DNA of 63,873 nucleotides, the filler included, from Licmophora abbreviata (Eukaryota), in the NCBI GenBank assembly GCA_900291995.1. It is 13 parts of 13 records of this genome, joined end to end, with 100 filler letters (N's around TTAATTAATTAA, not from the genome) between each part and the next. Parts side by side here need not be neighbours in the genome. Positions count along the whole stretch, not along the records: positions 55,497 to 60,107 come from OLMU01003599.1; positions 60,208 to 62,530 come from OLMU01003600.1; positions 62,631 to 63,873 come from OLMU01003611.1; 10 more parts are not named here. The stretch is one strand, 5' to 3'. Under the pieces are notes generated by a model that saw nothing but the letters and a program-made list of their open reading frames with translations, searched no databases and was not told where the DNA came from. A program made the translations under genes and the position numbers. How positions within the stretch are numbered: the stretch's first letter is position 1; each line of letters opens with the position of its first letter. Shown in pieces: positions 58,186 through 63,873 of this stretch.

Positions 58186-61100
58186 ATGCATCCCCAGCGC
58201 GTCGGCAGCGGCAAGAGACTCAGAACCAAGTCGACGAACCCGTTCGACTCTTCGGATGAAGAATCTCTTTCTGGTGATGTTTTTCAAGACTGTATGGATA
58301 CATTGGATGATTCTAGTCTACCCGAAGGACGCACTGCGCTGCTGGATTTCAACTTTAGAACGACACAGTCTCACGGTGCGTAATAGCGCGTGTCATCTTT
58401 TGAGCCGCGAAGAAACTCTGCTGATCAGATCCTAACATTTCATTCCTTTCCTACTTGTTTCATCTCAGAGCCTGCATTGCAGTTTGATGTGGTGGGTCGA
58501 CAATCTGACACCCTTTTCGCCTCCCCGCTGGTCACCGCGTTGGATGGTATGCGGATGGACGGCGGCCAAACTGATACGACTTCGTCCAAATGGCGCGCCA
58601 GGACCACTCCCAGCGGCGCCAGAAAGGATAGTAAAGAATCGTTTGAATCACCTTGGTCAAGAGTGCTGCGACTGGCGTCAGGGAGGATTCGAGGTACCAA
58701 CGATTACGACAAGTGCGATGAGCCGGAGATCAGCACTGTAGCAGCGGAGCCCGGTTCGGAAGAGCAGTACCCAGCAACCCCGCCAGTAGCGACCCCGAAG
58801 CGCCCTTCGCATCCGAAGAGTACAGTAGGTCAGAAGGGAAGGATTGATCCTCTTCGTTCCTCTTTCAAAACTATGAAAGCGAGAAGTATCTTGGAGAAAC
58901 TCGACAACTCCGATTGCTCCACGGAGACGCCATGGACCAAGATGATTCTTCTGGAAGAGCTCGGCACAGCATCCTCATGGACGATACTGATCATTCCCTA
59001 CATTGCTTTCTTTCTATGCCTGCTACTGGATACGCATTCATCACTTGTTGTAACATCTCTCGGGCCTCTCGACGGTGCCACGACGTGCGCCAGCTCCGGG
59101 ATGTCATCGTCGAACATACCGCTGCTACCCGCACCGGATGCACCCTGCTCTTACAACGTTTCTCTCGAACCAGGGAAGGGTCTTCTAGCCCAAGGCAGGA
59201 AGAGCTATTTGTTTCAGACGTATCATTACGGCGAGCTAATGTCCAATGGAACGGCGTTTGCGTCTGGACCCATCAGCGGTGTATCTCCGTTATCACCTTT
59301 CCTTCACGGGGATGCCACCTTTTCGGATCTGCCTCCTGACACTACCGCACTGGTAGCCAAAGGAAGGGTACTGGTATCAGCTATTGTACTGCAGAGATCG
59401 GTGGAAGCGGTGTCTGGGTGGGTGCCCGTGTTTATTGCGAAACCAGAGATTCTTTCGATGAGCTGTGTACCCAGCGATTCAAAGCGTGCTGTGTCCAAGG
59501 CTTCACGCTGGGACTGTAGAAGTCCTCGTATCATCGATGTCTTGTTTCCCATGCCAGGAACGGGAGTCCTTTCTTTGGAGGAGATCCAAGTAAATGTTCT
59601 CTTCTCACTTTACAAACCCCCAAGAAAGCCAGAAAAGGCTGGACAGAACATTGAAGTCGCCAACCCATCTAGCTCTTTCGTGTACTCGGAATCAACTGGT
59701 TATCTGGATCTGCTTTCAGATGTCGATATTTTCCATCCCAATGATAACGTCGCTTCGCTCGTTTGGTCCTCTTCCTACACTATCGAACACGAGAGCCAAT
59801 TTTATCGAAGAGTCAAGATCGGTGTGAGACTCTCCGCAATGGTCATGACAATTCTCTTCACTATTTTCTGGTGCTGGAGCCTCGGAATGAAAGGCTTCTT
59901 TGCGACCGGCAATCAACCGTGCTGTTGCCAGGGCCTGCTCTACTGCTTTCGGTCTCAGAATAAAGAAGAGCTTCCTCTGACTGGGGCAAAGAGAAGAGGT
60001 GAGTGGATAAGTCTTACTCTTTTGATTCGCGTGATCCCTCGCGCACTCACTTTTCTTCTGCTGTGTCGATCTCTAGGCTCGACATGGTGGGATTCTCCAT
60101 GGATAGTNNNNNNNNNNNNNNNNNNNNNNNNNNNNNNNNNNNNNNNNNNNNTTAATTAATTAANNNNNNNNNNNNNNNNNNNNNNNNNNNNNNNNNNNNN
60201 NNNNNNNGGAGCGACGATACCTAATGTTGCTTCTCCTTGGCGTTGATCCTTGTGCAGAACCCTTTGTTTGCCTTGGCTTATTTTCGTTCTGCACTGTACA
60301 CCGCAAAAGATATACACCGAGCGGCCGATTCGATGGTTGGGATTGGGGTTCATCTGTTTCTTCTCGTTTGGCTCTGTCTATTACAGTCACTGCGGTTCCA
60401 TTCAGCAGAAGTTGCGCGCCGAAGAGCAAGATATCAGCTTCAGGCGCTTGAACTCCGTCGTGTTGCAAACTATATGGCACAACCTGACGCGTTGAACTAC
60501 GGTACGGAGGAGTATGTGAATCGGTACACTTCGGACTACTACCAGCGATATGGAGACCTCGATGGAAGTGGATCGACGGGGACGTTGCATGTGCGGTTAT
60601 ACAACGATCCTTGCGGGGACTCATGGGCGGACTTTCTGCTGCCCAAACTCTTCTTATTTGTCGTTGGCGCGTTATCGGTCACGATTGCGTCATGGTGTCG
60701 GTACCCCACTACTTCGGAAAGTACCGCCGTGCTGAGTTCCGAAGAGTTGTACCGCTACAACGCAGCGTACGCTGGAAGTTCTATCTCGCAGCTCTTTGTT
60801 CTGGTAGTTTGGGCTCTTCTGATTTTCAGCGCGACAATCGATACTGGGCGTTCCCTGCGAAAAGAACCGTTTCTCAGCACAAGACCTGCTCAGCTCGCAT
60901 TTCGAGTCCTTCTGGGTATCACAGTCCTCGGGTTTGGAGCTCTTCTTGTTCCTTTCGCCTCCGATTTCATGGGACTACTCGCAAAGTGGACCGGTCCTCC
61001 CAGCAGCCAGACACTTCATTTATCGACAGGCGTTGGAACATCAAGCCGCAGCTCAAATACTCTTGACGTCCTATTGCGGCTACTCTTAAGGGTCGGCGAG

Positions 61101-62530
61101 AAATTTCCGTATAGTGGTACAGCGGCGAGTGTCGGACCTGGGAAGTTAATTTTCGCCACGGCGTGCGCATTTGTCGCATGCTTCATCTTTCTTCCTTCTC
61201 GCCCATTCATGGGGGACAAAAACGCGAGTGATCGAACCGCTGATCTACCTGGGATGGAATCTGTGTTCTCGCCGTTGCTTCGCCCGGAGATACTTCGACA
61301 ACGCAAAGACAAGCGTACCGTTGTCGCGCTTGCACGATACACAAAAACCTGGCGAGTCTTCCCTCTCCCGATCAAGAAGCTCAATACAGCATCACTCCTG
61401 TCGGAAACATCCTTCTACTTGGATCCTACAAGCGAGAGGAGCATAGCGTACTTTGACCGCTATACACCCGTGTTTTGTCTGGAGCTGGCTTGTTGGCTGT
61501 TGGAAGCATCATGGCAAGCGTACTACTCGCCGACAGATTATTCTCTGGATGACTTTGCACCAGGAAGGATGTCGCTGGATAGGATCGGTTTATGCCTGGA
61601 AAACTCATTCTTCGACGAGGATACTGACACGCAAGCGTTCATTGCCTCAAATGTGTCGTCCCAGGTTGATGGCGAGGAGGACAGTATTATCGTCGTGGCA
61701 TTTCGCGGAACGGCAAGCTCCAAAAACGTCCAGACCGATCTCAAGTCTAGAATTTTTCCACTTCCAGAGCAAATAACGGGACGTGGTGACAAAGCAGTCT
61801 TTAGTGTCTATCCGGATAGAGTCGATACTTGCGACGATACTGGGAGATTCTGGGAAAAGCAGTCTCGCGACGCAACGAGAGTTCAGAGCTACTCACCAAA
61901 CAAGGTGTCCAAGAGCGAGATCAAAATTGCAGAGCTGGCTCCTCCACCTAATTCTTCCGTCTTTTCAGCGACATCTCGAATAGCCAAGGCGCTTATCCGA
62001 GCGACTCCGATGGCCCGTCAGACTCTTCCGTGTGTTCATGCTGGTTTTCTGGAGGCGTACATGAATATTCGAAAGCAGGTCCTGGAGGCTGTATTGAAGG
62101 TGCTTCAGAGACAAGTAAGCAACGCAGTAACCCGTACAAGACTGAGCGAAGCGGTGGGCGACGGCAACGCGCCGCTGGTGCTTCCAAAGATCTACGTGTG
62201 CGGCCACTCTCTTGGCGGCTCTCTCGGTCAGATCCTTGCCTTGGACATTGCTAGCAACTGTGAGGTGGTTATCGAGACGCAACCCATGCCGGAGACTGCA
62301 TCTGCCGAAGAATTGTTTCATCTGCCGTTTTCCTCTCCCGATGGGACATTGACAGCTGCGTCGGGCACCGGCAGCGGACGCACGCGCACACGTTTCTTTT
62401 CCTTCGATGACGCAGACGGCATCGCCCAGCCCAAGCGGCGTACCCTGGCCCTGCAACCGCCGATCGCAGTCTACACATATGGACAAACTCGTGTTGGGAA
62501 CAAGGCGTTTGCACGCGTGTACAAGCAACG
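58186..62530 (+). CDS. Multi-pass membrane protein (TMEM181/Wntless-like region) fused to class-3 lipase, spans a gap, 3' end missing
   Basis: Several TM helices; IIVVAFRGTAS...TDL, VHAGFLEAY, YVCGHSLGG, VYTYGQTRVGN lipase-3 motifs. Confidence 0.85.
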
Positions 62531-62630
62531 NNNNNNNNNNNNNNNNNNNNNNNNNNNNNNNNNNNNNNNNNNNNTTAATTAATTAANNNNNNNNNNNNNN
62601 NNNNNNNNNNNNNNNNNNNNNNNNNNNNNN

Positions 62631-63184
62631 GGAGAAGACCCGCGGCGTCGAAGCGGAGAAGGACTCTGGCTGCGATGCGACCGAAACATCATGGAGGGAG
62701 TACGACTCCGAGACCCTCCCCGAGGAAGGTTCGGTGTGCTACGCGAAGGCGATCGTCCTCGCTCGTTTGCCTGTTCGACTGACTTGGACGGTTTGGGGGA
62801 CGAATTCACTGGCGTGGTCGCATCGATCGGTGTAGACGCAGACACAGAGTCATTTGGTCGAGGAGTCGTATAAGCGGCAGCTGGTTCGTTTTCCTTCGTT
62901 GACGAGGCCGACCGTGACTCCTCTTCCGAGTCTCCTTCGTCGATTGCATCAACAGAGCTTTCTTTCAAGCTACTGACAAAGAGACTGGCCATACGCTTCG
63001 AGAGGACATCATCGTCCACGTTGAGTTCCAGCTTTCGCAGGAGGGCGCCCACGACTTCATCCACATTGGTCGCAGAGCTTTCATTCAAATCAAGAGCATT
63101 CATCCATTGCGATAGATTCTTCACTCGCTTCTCCGGTTGCTGTTGCTGAGCAGCGGGAGAGCTGGAGGCTGGAGTCGTCGCCAT
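62631..63184 (-). CDS. 5' fragment of a hypothetical Ser-rich protein
   Basis: ATG-initiated ORF running into the gap; no family recognised. Confidence 0.5.
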
Positions 63185-63663
63185 GATTCTTTGTTGCCTG
63201 GACGGCAGGCCCGAATGCCCTTTCGTTGGGATGAATCAATCGAATCGCAGTGTGGCGTGTCCGTCTTGTTTTTTGTGTGAATTGTGGAGCGAGGTCGCGA
63301 CCGTGAGGTGAAAAAAGCGTGGCAAGCCAACTGTTTGGAGTTGACTTCACTCCCACGTAGACTCAGTAGTTGCTGTACGTCGATCTCCGTTGTGGTGTAT
63401 TTTCGTATATTAAGATCTTTAGTAAAATCATTGAAATCAAAATGGTGATCCTACCGAATATATTGATCTTAGAAGAAAATGTTTCAAACAATTAGCGCTT
63501 TAATCAACACAAAACATTGCGAGGAGCTCGAATAGACGTCGCGCCGTCGTGTGTCGTGTGTCGTCGTGTGATGATGTGACGATGATGGCCACATAAAGAC
63601 GCCCGCGCTCTGTCTTTCGTTATCCATCCTTTCTCTACTCAAATCACAAATAACGCATTCATC

Positions 63664-63873
63664 ATGGCCCAAGGTGTCGTAATCGAAGATGGATTCATCG
63701 TCAACACAAATCCTGCGACGGGAGAAGTTATTTCGCGAGTACCGTGTTCTTCCAAAGAACAAGTCGACGACATGGTAGAAGACGCGCACCAAGCCTTGCC
63801 TTCCTGGTCGGACATGGACGTGGAAGAGCGAATTCAACTCTTGCGAACTGGATTGGAGGTTCTCGAGAGTAAT
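63664..63873 (+). CDS. Aldehyde dehydrogenase family protein, 5' fragment
   Basis: MAQGVVIEDGFIVNTNPATGEVISRVP...VDDMVEDAHQALPSWSDMDVEERIQLL, a typical ALDH N-terminus. Confidence 0.85.
   Translation, partial: MAQGVVIEDGFIVNTNPATGEVISRVPCSSKEQVDDMVEDAHQALPSWSDMDVEERIQLLRTGLEVLESN

Noticed and set aside
6310..62630. Repeated TTAATTAATTAA palindrome as a biological repeat or recombination site
   Set aside because: Always embedded in N-runs of fixed length; it is an artificial six-frame-stop spacer.

Overview
Gene-dense eukaryotic nuclear DNA, very probably from a diatom: short GT-AG introns, signal peptide + aromatic-residue plastid presequences, an LHC-family gene, a DUF6824 protein and diatom-type LRR membrane proteins. 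It is a draft scaffold with 12 artificial 100-nt spacers (N-run + TTAATTAATTAA + N-run) and several probable single-base indel errors. About 30 protein-coding genes or fragments can be read, including CHCHD2-like, atypical E2F/DEL, ispH, MSH6, RFC4, IF-2, MetAP1D, PSMA6, LHC, IMPase, a plasmepsin-V-like aspartic protease, GGTase-I beta, a ZIP transporter, a stand-alone 5'-3' exonuclease, a tandem IsdG-like protein, pICln, plant-type MSH1, a PPR protein, GT32, FRA10AC1, a TMEM181-like/lipase fusion and an ALDH. Main observation: a ~70-aa segment resembling the thumb of family-A DNA polymerases occurs three times without any polymerase. It lies in front of the 5'-3' exonuclease domain, at the N-terminus of MSH1, and just after (probably fused to) the PPR protein. 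All three hosts look organelle-targeted, so this may be a portable module of organellar genome maintenance. All family assignments are from motif recognition by eye; no searches were run.
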